A stretch of 64,000 bases of DNA from an uncultured bacterium (GTDB lineage: Bacteria; Patescibacteriota; Minisyncoccia; Phycocordibacterales; GWA1-40-21): NCBI GenBank assembly GCA_903831595.1, contig CAIKXY010000002.1, positions 28,339 through 92,338 of the forward strand, read 5' to 3'. Below, piece by piece: positions 16,853-26,867 of the stretch. The position numbers were made by a program, and so were the translations under genes. Under the pieces are notes generated by a model, which saw nothing but the letters and a program-made list of their open reading frames with translations, was not told where the DNA came from and did no database searches. Positions within the stretch are counted from its first letter, which is position 1; each line of letters opens with the position of its first letter.

Positions 16853-17626
16853 TTAAATATTACCATTTCCCAATAGTTCCCAAGTGCATAGGAAAAAAGA
16901 TTTAATCATTTGTACAATTGTTTTTGACTCTATAATCATAGAAATTGGATCTTTTTTATCAAGAGAAAACAACGCAATTTTATCTCCATAAATATATAAA
17001 GAACCCTGAAAGACAGACCCTTCCGGTAAAGTACGTACTTCTCTAAAAGCATCACTCTTAAAATACGAACCTAACTCTGATTTATCTGGGATAAGTATCA
17101 TTTTTGTGTAAATTTTATTTTGTTTTTTTATTTCATCTAATTTTGTAGGCAAATTTGGTGGGAGTAACTTACTTAATAAGGTATTAGTAAGCACATAAAT
17201 GTCTTTATATTTAGTCATTTCATTTTTATCAAACATTTCATCATATACTTTTTCAAGACTTCCATTTCCACGATATGTTCTTGTTGCAAAATTTGTTTCT
17301 TGGTTTTCGGCAAGATTTTTTATATCAGACAATATGGATTTGAAAATTTCACGTTTTTTATCCAATGATTTTTCGATTCGCATTGGATTTTCAGCCAAAA
17401 AATGTTTTTTGTTATTTATTGTATATGGGGAAATCAATTCTTTTTTTATTAGCCTTTCAATATATAGATAGACCGAGCTTCTAGGTATTGAAAGATTTTT
17501 TCCAACAGCAAAAGCAGTATTATCTTTCTTGTTGGAGCCAACTTTTGTAAGATAAAGATATATCTCAGCTTCTTGTCTATCAAGACCAAGTTCTATTAGA
17601 GATTCAATTGTTTTTGAGTTTTCCAT
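16853..17626 (-). CDS. TrmB-family transcriptional regulator (paralog 3)
   Basis: wHTH LIELGLDRQEAEIYLYLTKVGSNKK...SVYLYIERLIKKELI, and the same domain layout as the other two paralogs. Confidence 0.55.
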   Translation of the reverse strand: MENSKTIESLIELGLDRQEAEIYLYLTKVGSNKKDNTAFAVGKNLSIPRSSVYLYIERLIKKELISPYTINNKKHFLAENPMRIEKSLDKKREIFKSILSDIKNLAENQETNFATRTYRGNGSLEKVYDEMFDKNEMTKYKDIYVLTNTLLSKLLPPNLPTKLDEIKKQNKIYTKMILIPDKSELGSYFKSDAFREVRTLPEGSVFQGSLYIYGDKIALFSLDKKDPISMIIESKTIVQMIKSFFLCTWELLGNGNI

Positions 17627-17786
17627 AAAAAGTCATCATTTATGACTACTAATTCTAGCAATTATACATAAATAAATCAATGATAGAATTGTATATAGAT
17701 AATAACTGTCTAAAAAATATAGACAATATGTAATCTAAATGTTATTGTTTAGTTATTATTAATTTATTAATTAATTTATAAATATT

Positions 17787-18866
17787 ATGAAAAAAACATT
17801 TACTATCGCCGCCATCATATTTGTTGTCATTATTCTTGGTTTATATTTTGTAAACAAAAATCAAAAGAACATTACAAGTCAGCCCATCAAAATTGGTGTA
17901 ATACTTCCATTGACAGGCCCTGCTCAATCGGCTGGAGAGGCTGGTAGAAAGTCCGTTGAGCTTGCTATATCAAATCTTCCAGAAAACATTAGAAAAAATA
18001 TTCAAATAGTTTATGAGGATGATCAATCTGATACAAAACTTACAGTAACTGCAGCACAAAAACTAATTGAGGTTGATAAAGTTAAATCTTTAATTACGTA
18101 AAGTTCAGCTTCGTCTGTTGCGGCTTCGTATGTCGCTGAAAAAAGTTCTATTCCAATGATTGGACTTGGAAGTTCAGCAGATATTAATGCAAATAAACAG
18201 TGGGTAGTTCGATACGTACCAAGTTCATCATTGCTTATTAGTGCAATGGAAAAACAAATTCTTAACAGTAAGTATAAAAGAGTGGCAATAATTTGGAATC
18301 AAGCTGATGGCCCAAAAGCAAATGCTGAACAAACTGTTAAAACACTAACCGCTGCTGGTTATAATATTGTTGCGAATGAGTCAGTCGCTAAAGGAGAAAC
18401 TGATTTTAGAACATCAGTTACAAAAATAAAGTCCGCCAATCCTGAAGTGGTCATTGTTTTATTGTCTCCACAAGCTGGTGCATTCGCTAAACAGGTCCAA
18501 GATGTGGGCTGGAAAATACCTTTGGTCGGTATAATAAATTTTGAATCAACGGGACAAATTAAGATAGCCAACGGAGGATTAGATAATCAATTATATGTTG
18601 GAGATAAAAATGCTAATTTCCTTGATGAATATTACACCAAATACAACATGTACCCAGCAACCGCCGGAGACAATTTGTATGACGCCGTAATACAATTATC
18701 TAAAGCAAACATAGCAAGTAATGGGTCTAATTTGTCTGTGATGAAATATTTGAAGAAAGATTTCGTTGGAGTTTCTGGTGAATATAAATATTTGGGTGAT
18801 GGTTCCTACGACATTAGGCAGGTTGTCAAAACATGGAATGGCACTAAATTTATTGAGATAATATAG
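17787..18866 (+). pseudogene. Periplasmic substrate-binding protein (Leu/Ile/Val-binding, Peripla_BP_6-like) interrupted by an in-frame TAA
   Basis: ORFs 17787..18101 and 18156..18866 share a frame, and translation reads through the TAA at 18099-18101. The N-terminal part is IKIGVILPLTGPAQSAGEAGRKSVELAI, the typical start of a type-I binding protein. No ABC permease or ATPase genes are adjacent. Confidence 0.55.
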
Positions 18867-18867
18867 C

Positions 18868-18904
18868 TAGATTAAAAAACCACCAGCCTGCGGATGGTGG
18901 TTTT
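18868..18904. terminator. Bidirectional terminator hairpin
   Basis: AAAAACCACCAGCCTGCGGATGGTGGTTTTT. Confidence 0.45.
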
Positions 18905-19386
18905 TAAAATCCTAGTTTTTCCATTATTTTTTGGGATAAAGGTTCATGCATCTCTACTTCTGGAAGGTACTTTAGTAAAAATTCTCTCACATCTAAATGA
19001 TGATGTTCTTCAAGTGGTATTGAAATAAGTGTCATTGCTAATTTTTTTGATTTAAAAATTATTTTTTGATTATCTTTATCCATATTTTCTACCCAAAAAG
19101 ATTCAAGTGTCGCAAAAGGATATACTTCTTTTCCTACAGTAACACCTTTTTGATTGATACTTATATCAACGACTTTTGGCGCAATAATTGAAAATGACAT
19201 CAGAATTACTGTGGAAATAATTACAAGGATTGCAAAGAAACCATTGTGTGTAAAAAATGCACCAATAACAATTGCAAGCGCAATAAGAATTACTGCCCAG
19301 TACCAATCAGCAGTTTTATCTTTTCTTTTATATTCGAGTGCTTTCCAAGAAATTTTGTTTTCCATGAAATTAAAATTATTTAACAT
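18904..19386 (-). CDS. Hypothetical membrane protein (two TM helices followed by a soluble domain)
   Basis: WYWAVILIALAIVIGAFF and FFAILVIISTVILMSFSIIAP. No family assigned. Confidence 0.45.
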   Translation of the reverse strand: MLNNFNFMENKISWKALEYKRKDKTADWYWAVILIALAIVIGAFFTHNGFFAILVIISTVILMSFSIIAPKVVDISINQKGVTVGKEVYPFATLESFWVENMDKDNQKIIFKSKKLAMTLISIPLEEHHHLDVREFLLKYLPEVEMHEPLSQKIMEKLGF

Positions 19387-19428
19387 GGTTAATTATACCA
19401 AACTTTTTTAAAATGGTATAATCGATCC

Positions 19429-20190
19429 ATGTCTAACAAGTTAATTATTGCAAATTGGAAGATGAATCCCGCTTCTCTAGATATGGCAAAAGAGATAATT
19501 ACTGAAATCAACAAGGAATCAAAGCATTTTGGAGATGTGAATCTAGTTGTCTGTCCGCCGTTTGTCTATTTAAATGAAGTTACGGGTGTTATTCATAATT
19601 CTAAAAAAATTGTTTTGGGTGCTCAGGATGTTTTTGTTGGTGAAGGAGTGTCGCATACGGGTGAAGTTGGTATTAAATTGCTTAAAAAAGCTGGAGTAGA
19701 ATATGTTTTGGTTGGACATTCCGAAAGACGAGAATTGCTTGATACTGATCAGATCGTGAAAGAAAAAATGATTGCGTCAATGAAAGGTGGATTAAAAGTG
19801 GTCCTTTGTGTTGGGGAAAAAGAGAGGAGTGAACATGGTGACCATTATCATGAAGTAAAAAGACAAATTGAAAATGCAATTATTAAACTTCCCAAAAAAT
19901 TAATTAAAAATTTGATAATTGCGTATGAACCTGTTTGGGCGATAGGAAAATCTGAGGAAGAAGCGATAAAACCCGAGCAGCTTCACGAGATTACAATTTT
20001 TATTAAGCGACTGATAAATGATATTTTGGGTTCGAAAGAATTGAAGAAAGTAAAAATACTTTATGGTGGTTCTGTCACGAAAAATAATGCAAAAGAGATA
20101 ATTGGGAAAGGAAATGTTGATGGATTACTTATTGGAAGAGAAAGTTTAAAAGTTAAAAATTTTGTCGAGCTGATAAAACAAATAAAATAA
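19429..20190 (+). CDS. tpiA: Triosephosphate isomerase
   Basis: IIANWKMN, VGHSERR, AYEPVWAIG and YGGSV, the canonical TIM motifs. Confidence 0.85.
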   Translation: MSNKLIIANWKMNPASLDMAKEIITEINKESKHFGDVNLVVCPPFVYLNEVTGVIHNSKKIVLGAQDVFVGEGVSHTGEVGIKLLKKAGVEYVLVGHSERRELLDTDQIVKEKMIASMKGGLKVVLCVGEKERSEHGDHYHEVKRQIENAIIKLPKKLIKNLIIAYEPVWAIGKSEEEAIKPEQLHEITIFIKRLINDILGSKELKKVKILYGGSVTKNNAKEIIGKGNVDGLLIGRESLKVKNFVELIKQIK

Positions 20191-20196
20191 TAAAAT

Positions 20197-20232
20197 TAAA
20201 AGGCGGGTTTGCGAAGCAAACCCGCCTTTTAA
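20197..20232 (+). terminator. Rho-independent terminator
   Basis: GGCGGGTTTGC, loop GAA, GCAAACCCGCC, then TTTT. Confidence 0.6.
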
Positions 20233-20253
20233 TTTATCTGCTATAATATCCAA

Positions 20254-21981
20254 ATGAAAAATTATTCAGTCAGAAATGAAATTTCAGAAAAAGCTAGTAA
20301 AGAATTGGCAAAATACCCAGAAATTTTACGTAAACTCCTATTCTATAGAGGAATTAAAAAAGAAAAAGACGCTATAGTATTTTTGAGCCCAGTCTTCGAA
20401 GACAATTATGATCCATATTTAATGAAAGATATGGATATTGCAGTTGAGAGAATACTAAAAGCCGTAGAAAAAAATGAAAAGGTAATCATTTATAGCGATT
20501 ATGATGCCGATGGAATACCAGGCGCTGTAATTTTGCATGATTTTTTTAAAAAAATAGGTTTCAAAAATTTTGAAAATTATATTCCACACCGAGTGCTTGA
20601 AGGTTTTGGTCTTAATGACGAAGCGATTGATGAATTTGCAAAAAATGGAGTTAATTTAATCATTACAGTTGATTGTGGCATTGCCGATGTTGAAGAAGCT
20701 GAAAAAATTAAGAAACACAAAATAGATTTGGTAATTACGGATCATCATTTACCAAGAATTTCTGAAAAAAATAAAGAGGAATTACCTCATGCACTCGCAA
20801 TATTAAATACAAGGCAATCAAAGTGTAAATATCCTGATAAAAATATTTGTGGAGCTGGCGTTGTATTCAAACTTGTGCAAGCACTCATAAAAAAGTCTGG
20901 GAAAAAGTTTGACATAGTAGATGGATGGGAAAAATGGCTTCTTGATATGGTGGCAATCGGGACAATTTCAGATATGGTTCCTTTAGTCGGTGAAAATAGA
21001 TTATTAGCACATTATGGTTTGAAAGTTTTGAGAAAATCTAGAAGACCTGGATTGCAAAGTCTTTTTTCTGTAACAAAAATTGACCAAAAAAATATTACAG
21101 AAGATGATATTGGCTTTATGATTTCTCCACGTATAAATGCAGCTTCAAGAATGGGTTTGCCTGAGGACGCATTTAATATGCTTGTGGCACAAAATGAAAT
21201 AGATGCTGTTAAATATGCACTTCATTTAAATAAAATAAACGATGATAGAAAAGTAATTGTAGCTCAAATGGTGAAAGAAATCCGCAAACACTGGGAAAAA
21301 TTTGACCCAGATAAAAAAAGAAAAGTTCTTGTCGCTGGAAATCCAGATTGGAAGCCATCACTTCTCGGACTTGTTGCAAACTCACTAATGGATGAACATG
21401 ATGGACCTGTATTTCTTTGGGGAAGAGAGGAAGGAAAAACTTTGAAAGGTTCTTGTCGTTCCGATGGATGTGTCGATATTGTCGCCATGATGCGAGAATC
21501 TGGAAATCTTTTAGAAGAATATGGTGGACACTCTGCTTCAGGGGGTTTTTCGATTAGTTTAGAAAAAGTTGATTTACTCGCCGATGGGCTTGAAGTCGCA
21601 TATCAAAAACTTTCTATTATTGGCAAAGAAAAAGAATTAATTGCTGATGTTGAAATAAAAATAGATGATGTAAATAATAATTTAGAAAGGCAAGTCAGCC
21701 AGCTTGCACCTTTTGGAATGGATAACCCCAAACCAATTTTTGCACTCCCAAATATTGAAATACATGATGTAAAGATTTTTGGAAAGAAAAATGACCACTT
21801 AAAAATCAATTTTAAAAATAGTAAAGGACAAATTATTTCTGCCATTGGATTTTTTATGAAGCCGACTGATTTTGATGCAAAAATAGAAAAAGGAGAAAAA
21901 ATAAATTTGCTTGCAAACTTGGAGAAAAGTTTCTTTGGCGGAAGGGAGGAAGTAAGGCTTAGAATCGTTGATTTGTCGTAA
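20254..21981 (+). CDS. recJ: Single-stranded-DNA-specific exonuclease RecJ
   Basis: DHH-family motifs DYDADGI and VITDHHLP, a DHHA1 region and a C-terminal OB-like domain. 575 aa. Confidence 0.8.
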   Translation: MKNYSVRNEISEKASKELAKYPEILRKLLFYRGIKKEKDAIVFLSPVFEDNYDPYLMKDMDIAVERILKAVEKNEKVIIYSDYDADGIPGAVILHDFFKKIGFKNFENYIPHRVLEGFGLNDEAIDEFAKNGVNLIITVDCGIADVEEAEKIKKHKIDLVITDHHLPRISEKNKEELPHALAILNTRQSKCKYPDKNICGAGVVFKLVQALIKKSGKKFDIVDGWEKWLLDMVAIGTISDMVPLVGENRLLAHYGLKVLRKSRRPGLQSLFSVTKIDQKNITEDDIGFMISPRINAASRMGLPEDAFNMLVAQNEIDAVKYALHLNKINDDRKVIVAQMVKEIRKHWEKFDPDKKRKVLVAGNPDWKPSLLGLVANSLMDEHDGPVFLWGREEGKTLKGSCRSDGCVDIVAMMRESGNLLEEYGGHSASGGFSISLEKVDLLADGLEVAYQKLSIIGKEKELIADVEIKIDDVNNNLERQVSQLAPFGMDNPKPIFALPNIEIHDVKIFGKKNDHLKINFKNSKGQIISAIGFFMKPTDFDAKIEKGEKINLLANLEKSFFGGREEVRLRIVDLS

Positions 21982-22025
21982 GCGCGCCTGTTTTTAAACA
22001 TAAGCTATTGTTGTATAATTAAATT

Positions 22026-25000
22026 ATGGAACAAGAATCTCAATTAGTTGATGCCGGTCTTAATGAGGAAATAAGCAAAGAAGCGATTAAAAGGCAAGAA
22101 GACGAAGCCAAATTTATTAGTGGTTATATAAAATCGACAGAAAATATTAATCAAGAAATTTCTAAATTAGAAATAACAATTAAAAGAATATTTGGTATTT
22201 TTTCTACTGAAATTAATAAAAATGACTATTTGCAATCGCTGCCTGATATAGAAAAAAGCCTAAAAGATTTACAATTGAATGGCAATAAAGATATTAATTA
22301 TTTTATCGAACAATCCCCAATAATATTATGTAGCCTTAAGAAACTAAAAGAATCAACTGAAATAAATTTAGAAGCTGACAATCAAACTAAAATAAATAAA
22401 GAAAAAATTAAAAAAATTGAAGAAGAGATTGCATCACTAAAAGAGTATAATTTTTTCAAAAAAATAGTAAGGTCAGCAGACTCAAAAATCAAAAAACTAG
22501 AATCTGATAAACAGCAGCTAGTTAGTATTAATAATGAAGCTTCAAGAATTAGTACAGAAAATGTTAAACTTAATAAAGAAATAGGCAAAACTTTGCTTGA
22601 AGTTGAAAAAACAATTTCAAATATCGCCCAAAATGAGATTACAGAAAAATTGGGCAAAGAAGTAAAAATGGCGATTAATAAGTCTTGGGAATTAATGCAA
22701 GACATAAATTCAAACGGTCTTAGCTTATCAATTGGTGAATCATATATAAAAAATATTGCCTTACCATCTATTAATGGTTCTGTGGACAAAAATCTTGAAA
22801 ATAAATTATTTACTGAGTATAAATTATATACAGAAAGCGGGTATGAGGAGTACACAAAACATAAAAATAATGTAATTGATCTAGCTGACGAATTAAAGAT
22901 AATAAGACCAAATGAGCTTTTTAATATTGACAACGATGCACTGGGGCTATTGTTTTCAATAGATGTCTCAGAAAAAATCTCTAATTTAAAAAATACATTT
23001 ATTAATCTACAACAAACATTAAGCAAAAGTAATGCTGTAAATAATAGTTTTATATTATCAGATAGAGACATAGAAAATAACTTTGGTCTAGAAATTCGTA
23101 CCTCAAGTCAATATAATCAAATTATTCTTGATATGGAGATGGAAAAACAACCACTCCTTAAAAAATTAGGCTATCATGAAATAAAAGATTGGCAGGCAGT
23201 AAAAAAATCCCAATTGGTTAATTCAATTTTTGGAGAAAAAGTTAAGCGTGTTGATGATGCAATATATAAATATCTAATTCCTCAAGTTACAACTAGTTTT
23301 GATGACTCTGCGTTAATATTTTCATTAAATTACTATAAAACACCAGAAGCTGTACGTGCAGCTTTATTATTGAGCATATCTAACAAGTATTATTGCTCGC
23401 GTGAAGCCAACTTTCTCATTAATAGTTTGTCAAAGGATAAAAAATGGTTAGAAGTTTTGGATAACACAGAAAAAAAATATCCATATTTAAAACCTTTACA
23501 TGAGATATTAGCCAAATGGAATGAGTCTGATTTTGATAGTAGCTCAATTTTTTCAAGAAATCCTAAAATTAATAATAATTTGCTACAAAATCTTGTTACT
23601 TCCATAGCTGAAAACGAGAATAATAAAAGTGAATTGGGTAAAAAAACAACAACGTTGGCCTTTAATTCTCTGGGAGCAGATCAAATGGTTCCGTTTTTAG
23701 AAAAAAACGATTTGATTTCAAAAGATGAAAAAGCAAAAATAGAAAGTCTTTTTGTATCATGGCCAGATAACCATAATTTGAAGATTAAATTAAAAGATTG
23801 TTTTTATGCAATGCTATGTAATAAATATGAGAATGAAGATACCAAAGATGAACATGAAAAAATGGATTTCTATTTAAAAATTTTTGATTCCTATAAGGAA
23901 AGTTTTTCTAAGTACAATAAATTTGATGAGGAAAAAATAATCACATCTTTTATTGATTTAGTAAATAAAAATAGATTAACAAAAGATAGGGTATTGGAAT
24001 TGGCTAATCCAATTAAAACGAAAAATGGTGTGGTAAATTTTATGAATCTTGAATCAAATGCAGGAGCTCTAGATGCACCTGAACTTTTTTTAGATAGTAA
24101 TGATGGTTTAGATATATTTACTCATTTAGAAAAAAAAGGAATCGATTCAATAGATCCAAGATTAGATGGTGTAATTGGAGACAAACTAATCCATAGTGAC
24201 ATAAAAGATTATTTAATAAAAGATACAATTAATTATGTTAATTCAAGATTTGTCAATAATAATTTAGATGGCAATTTAGAAATAACAAAAAATAATTGGA
24301 AATCATTATTACTAAATTATATTCAATCTAATAACTGGGATTTTAATTTGGCGACTGGGCCAGCAAAAGGATTACACGAAAAAATATATTATATTTTTTC
24401 TTTGGACGGCTCAAAAGATTTATGTCTTAATGAAATGAAAAAAACCTGGATTCAATACTTGAATAGTTCAGATAAAAATAAATTTCCCTTATCGTCAAGT
24501 ATTATTGCTCAATCTATTAAAAATAATGGTGGTGCTGGACCGCTTAGCCAAATTGCATCACTTGGTTTTTTCCAAGATAATTATTCACTGGTTATTGCCA
24601 GTGAGCAAATTACAGAAAAAACAAAGAATCAACTTTTTGATGGTATGAAAATGATGGAGGAGAAATTTATTAAAGAAAAATGGTCGAACGAGGACACCAC
24701 AAATTTCTATAATATATCCAGAGACATTTTATCTGTTGCACCGAGCTTATTCTCAACATACCTTGAGGTTTTTGTGAAGCTTAAACAAAAAGATACCAAG
24801 ACATTCTTGCAAGATATATTCCCATTACACAGGGCAGTACTTTCGCTTATAGAAAAAAAAGATGGAGATGGACACAGAACATTTGCTAAGAGGGGGTTGG
24901 CTGGGATAAGAAAAAATTTTGTAAGATCAATTTTGGATGAGTCTGGATCTATTAAGCCATTCTCTGAACAAAAAAAAGAGCTCACTGATTTTATATTGGA

Positions 25001-26633
25001 AAATTTTAAAAATAAATTTGGAATAATTAAAGTTAAGGAAAATTTTACTCCAGAACACCTTCGTTCGACGAGTAATATTTCAATGTATTGGTCAAATTTT
25101 AATCGTAAGAGTGATACATATTTTGAAAAAGTAATGAGTGTTTATTTAGCCCTAATGATTAATGATAAGTGGGATGATTATAAAAAAGGAGAAAAAATAA
25201 ATTTTGAAGAATTATTGACTCAAGAAAGAGCATCTTTTGCTAATAATCTAAGTAAGGATAAATTAGAAATGAATCCAATTATACAGCAAAATTTAGGTAT
25301 AAATGAAAAGGATTTGCCAGAGTTTTATAATATTTTAAGTTCAGAAGTGGGAAATATAGTAATTGGAAACGTTGAAACAATAGATAACAAGCTAAATAAT
25401 GTTATTTTAAATTTAGATAGTCTTAAAGATTTGGATTTATATCCACCAGATTCATTAGATAGGCAAAGAATGAAAATACTATTGGATTATGGAAGCAAAA
25501 AAATTGGTGAAGTAGTTGCAAAAACTTATCAATCACTAATAAAGACGAAAGGGGACATCAAATTCTCGGCGGACGAACAAAGTATCAAAAATGAAATAGA
25601 ATCTATATTAAAGATTAACAATTTAGAAATAAACACAGCAAATATTAAGAAAGTATTTCAAGAAGAGATGAGACCATTTTCTACTGTCATTAATATGTTT
25701 AGTTTTGTGGAAGAGATTGGAGTTAAAAACGACATATCAGAACTCAGAGAATTATTGAAACCTTCATCAGAAATAATCTCTATTTTTAATAAATTAGGTG
25801 AAGAATTTAAACAGACATCTGGTGCTATGGCCCTATCCCAGGATTTGGGATATTTGGAAAGTGTAATTAGTAAAAATGAAGATAAAATATCTAGTGAAGA
25901 AAATTCGTCAGTAAAAAAATACTTAGATGAGATAAATAAAAAATTAACAAAACTTGAAGATAACTATAAAAAGATTATTGATAAATTTAAAAATGTAAAG
26001 CAAGGGCATGGAGTTGTCGAAAACAAGTCATTAAAAGATAGACTTAATAATATAGACAAAATTATTAACTTGCCAGATGATCAGGTTGTAGTAACGAGCG
26101 GCATAACGTCAAATTTAAATTATATTATAGAAAATATAAGAAATTGTTTATCTTGTGTGACTAATGGTGTTAATAATGATACCAATTTGACCTTTGGCGA
26201 TCAAAACAAGTTTTATTTGTATAGCAAAACCAATCAAGGGCCAAAATCAATCTCAGATCAAATTTTGTTTCTTGAGCCAGTAAAATATGATGGTGTATCT
26301 GAAATGTCTTTTGTTTTTGATAAAGTATATGGTACAAAAACCCCAACGATTTTATTGAACCAAATTGAAGTTGTAATAAAAAAATATAAAGAAATTAAAA
26401 AGAAATTTCCGGATTCAAGACTTTCTTTATTCGTTACTAATGCAGCCTTAGAATCTTCTGGTTTATCTGTCGAATCTCTTAAGCGCGATCTACCAAATAT
26501 GAAGTGTGGGACAAAAACTATTAATATAAACGTTTTAAAATCCCCAGTGGCTGATCACTATATTGAAATTGGTAGCGGAAGTAGTAGGTCATCTGGTGGT
26601 GAGATGGTTGTTAACGGAGTGTTATTAAAATAG
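22026..26633 (+). CDS. Giant hypothetical protein (1535 aa), coiled-coil-rich and Lys/Asn-rich, with no signal peptide
   Basis: Uninterrupted ORF. The N-terminal 250 aa have strong heptad-like patterns. No recognisable catalytic motifs. It is flanked by a duplicated recJ 3' end; see findings. Confidence 0.55.
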   Translation: MEQESQLVDAGLNEEISKEAIKRQEDEAKFISGYIKSTENINQEISKLEITIKRIFGIFSTEINKNDYLQSLPDIEKSLKDLQLNGNKDINYFIEQSPIILCSLKKLKESTEINLEADNQTKINKEKIKKIEEEIASLKEYNFFKKIVRSADSKIKKLESDKQQLVSINNEASRISTENVKLNKEIGKTLLEVEKTISNIAQNEITEKLGKEVKMAINKSWELMQDINSNGLSLSIGESYIKNIALPSINGSVDKNLENKLFTEYKLYTESGYEEYTKHKNNVIDLADELKIIRPNELFNIDNDALGLLFSIDVSEKISNLKNTFINLQQTLSKSNAVNNSFILSDRDIENNFGLEIRTSSQYNQIILDMEMEKQPLLKKLGYHEIKDWQAVKKSQLVNSIFGEKVKRVDDAIYKYLIPQVTTSFDDSALIFSLNYYKTPEAVRAALLLSISNKYYCSREANFLINSLSKDKKWLEVLDNTEKKYPYLKPLHEILAKWNESDFDSSSIFSRNPKINNNLLQNLVTSIAENENNKSELGKKTTTLAFNSLGADQMVPFLEKNDLISKDEKAKIESLFVSWPDNHNLKIKLKDCFYAMLCNKYENEDTKDEHEKMDFYLKIFDSYKESFSKYNKFDEEKIITSFIDLVNKNRLTKDRVLELANPIKTKNGVVNFMNLESNAGALDAPELFLDSNDGLDIFTHLEKKGIDSIDPRLDGVIGDKLIHSDIKDYLIKDTINYVNSRFVNNNLDGNLEITKNNWKSLLLNYIQSNNWDFNLATGPAKGLHEKIYYIFSLDGSKDLCLNEMKKTWIQYLNSSDKNKFPLSSSIIAQSIKNNGGAGPLSQIASLGFFQDNYSLVIASEQITEKTKNQLFDGMKMMEEKFIKEKWSNEDTTNFYNISRDILSVAPSLFSTYLEVFVKLKQKDTKTFLQDIFPLHRAVLSLIEKKDGDGHRTFAKRGLAGIRKNFVRSILDESGSIKPFSEQKKELTDFILENFKNKFGIIKVKENFTPEHLRSTSNISMYWSNFNRKSDTYFEKVMSVYLALMINDKWDDYKKGEKINFEELLTQERASFANNLSKDKLEMNPIIQQNLGINEKDLPEFYNILSSEVGNIVIGNVETIDNKLNNVILNLDSLKDLDLYPPDSLDRQRMKILLDYGSKKIGEVVAKTYQSLIKTKGDIKFSADEQSIKNEIESILKINNLEINTANIKKVFQEEMRPFSTVINMFSFVEEIGVKNDISELRELLKPSSEIISIFNKLGEEFKQTSGAMALSQDLGYLESVISKNEDKISSEENSSVKKYLDEINKKLTKLEDNYKKIIDKFKNVKQGHGVVENKSLKDRLNNIDKIINLPDDQVVVTSGITSNLNYIIENIRNCLSCVTNGVNNDTNLTFGDQNKFYLYSKTNQGPKSISDQILFLEPVKYDGVSEMSFVFDKVYGTKTPTILLNQIEVVIKKYKEIKKKFPDSRLSLFVTNAALESSGLSVESLKRDLPNMKCGTKTININVLKSPVADHYIEIGSGSSRSSGGEMVVNGVLLK

Positions 26634-26727
26634 GAAAAGGAGAAAGAATTAATTTTCTTGTGAACTTAGAAAAAAGTTTTTTGGTTTAAGGGAAGAGTTG
26701 AGATTAAGAATTATAGATATAGTTTAA
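26634..26727 (+). repeat. Decayed duplicate of the recJ 3' terminus (gene-end remnant)
   Basis: About 70% nt identity by eye to 21886-21981. One frame reads ...ELRKKFFGLREELRLRIIDIV*, against NLEKSFFGGREEVRLRIVDLS* in recJ. Confidence 0.5.
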
Positions 26728-26867
26728 ATTTTGCTAATCTAAAATCATTAATCCACATATCAGCAAAGGCTGATATTGCTGGAGGAAATTTTTTTGTAAT
26801 ATATAACTTTTTTACTTGCGAATTGAGCAATTTTAGGGTAAATTAATGCTTGTTTGGGAAAAAACAC

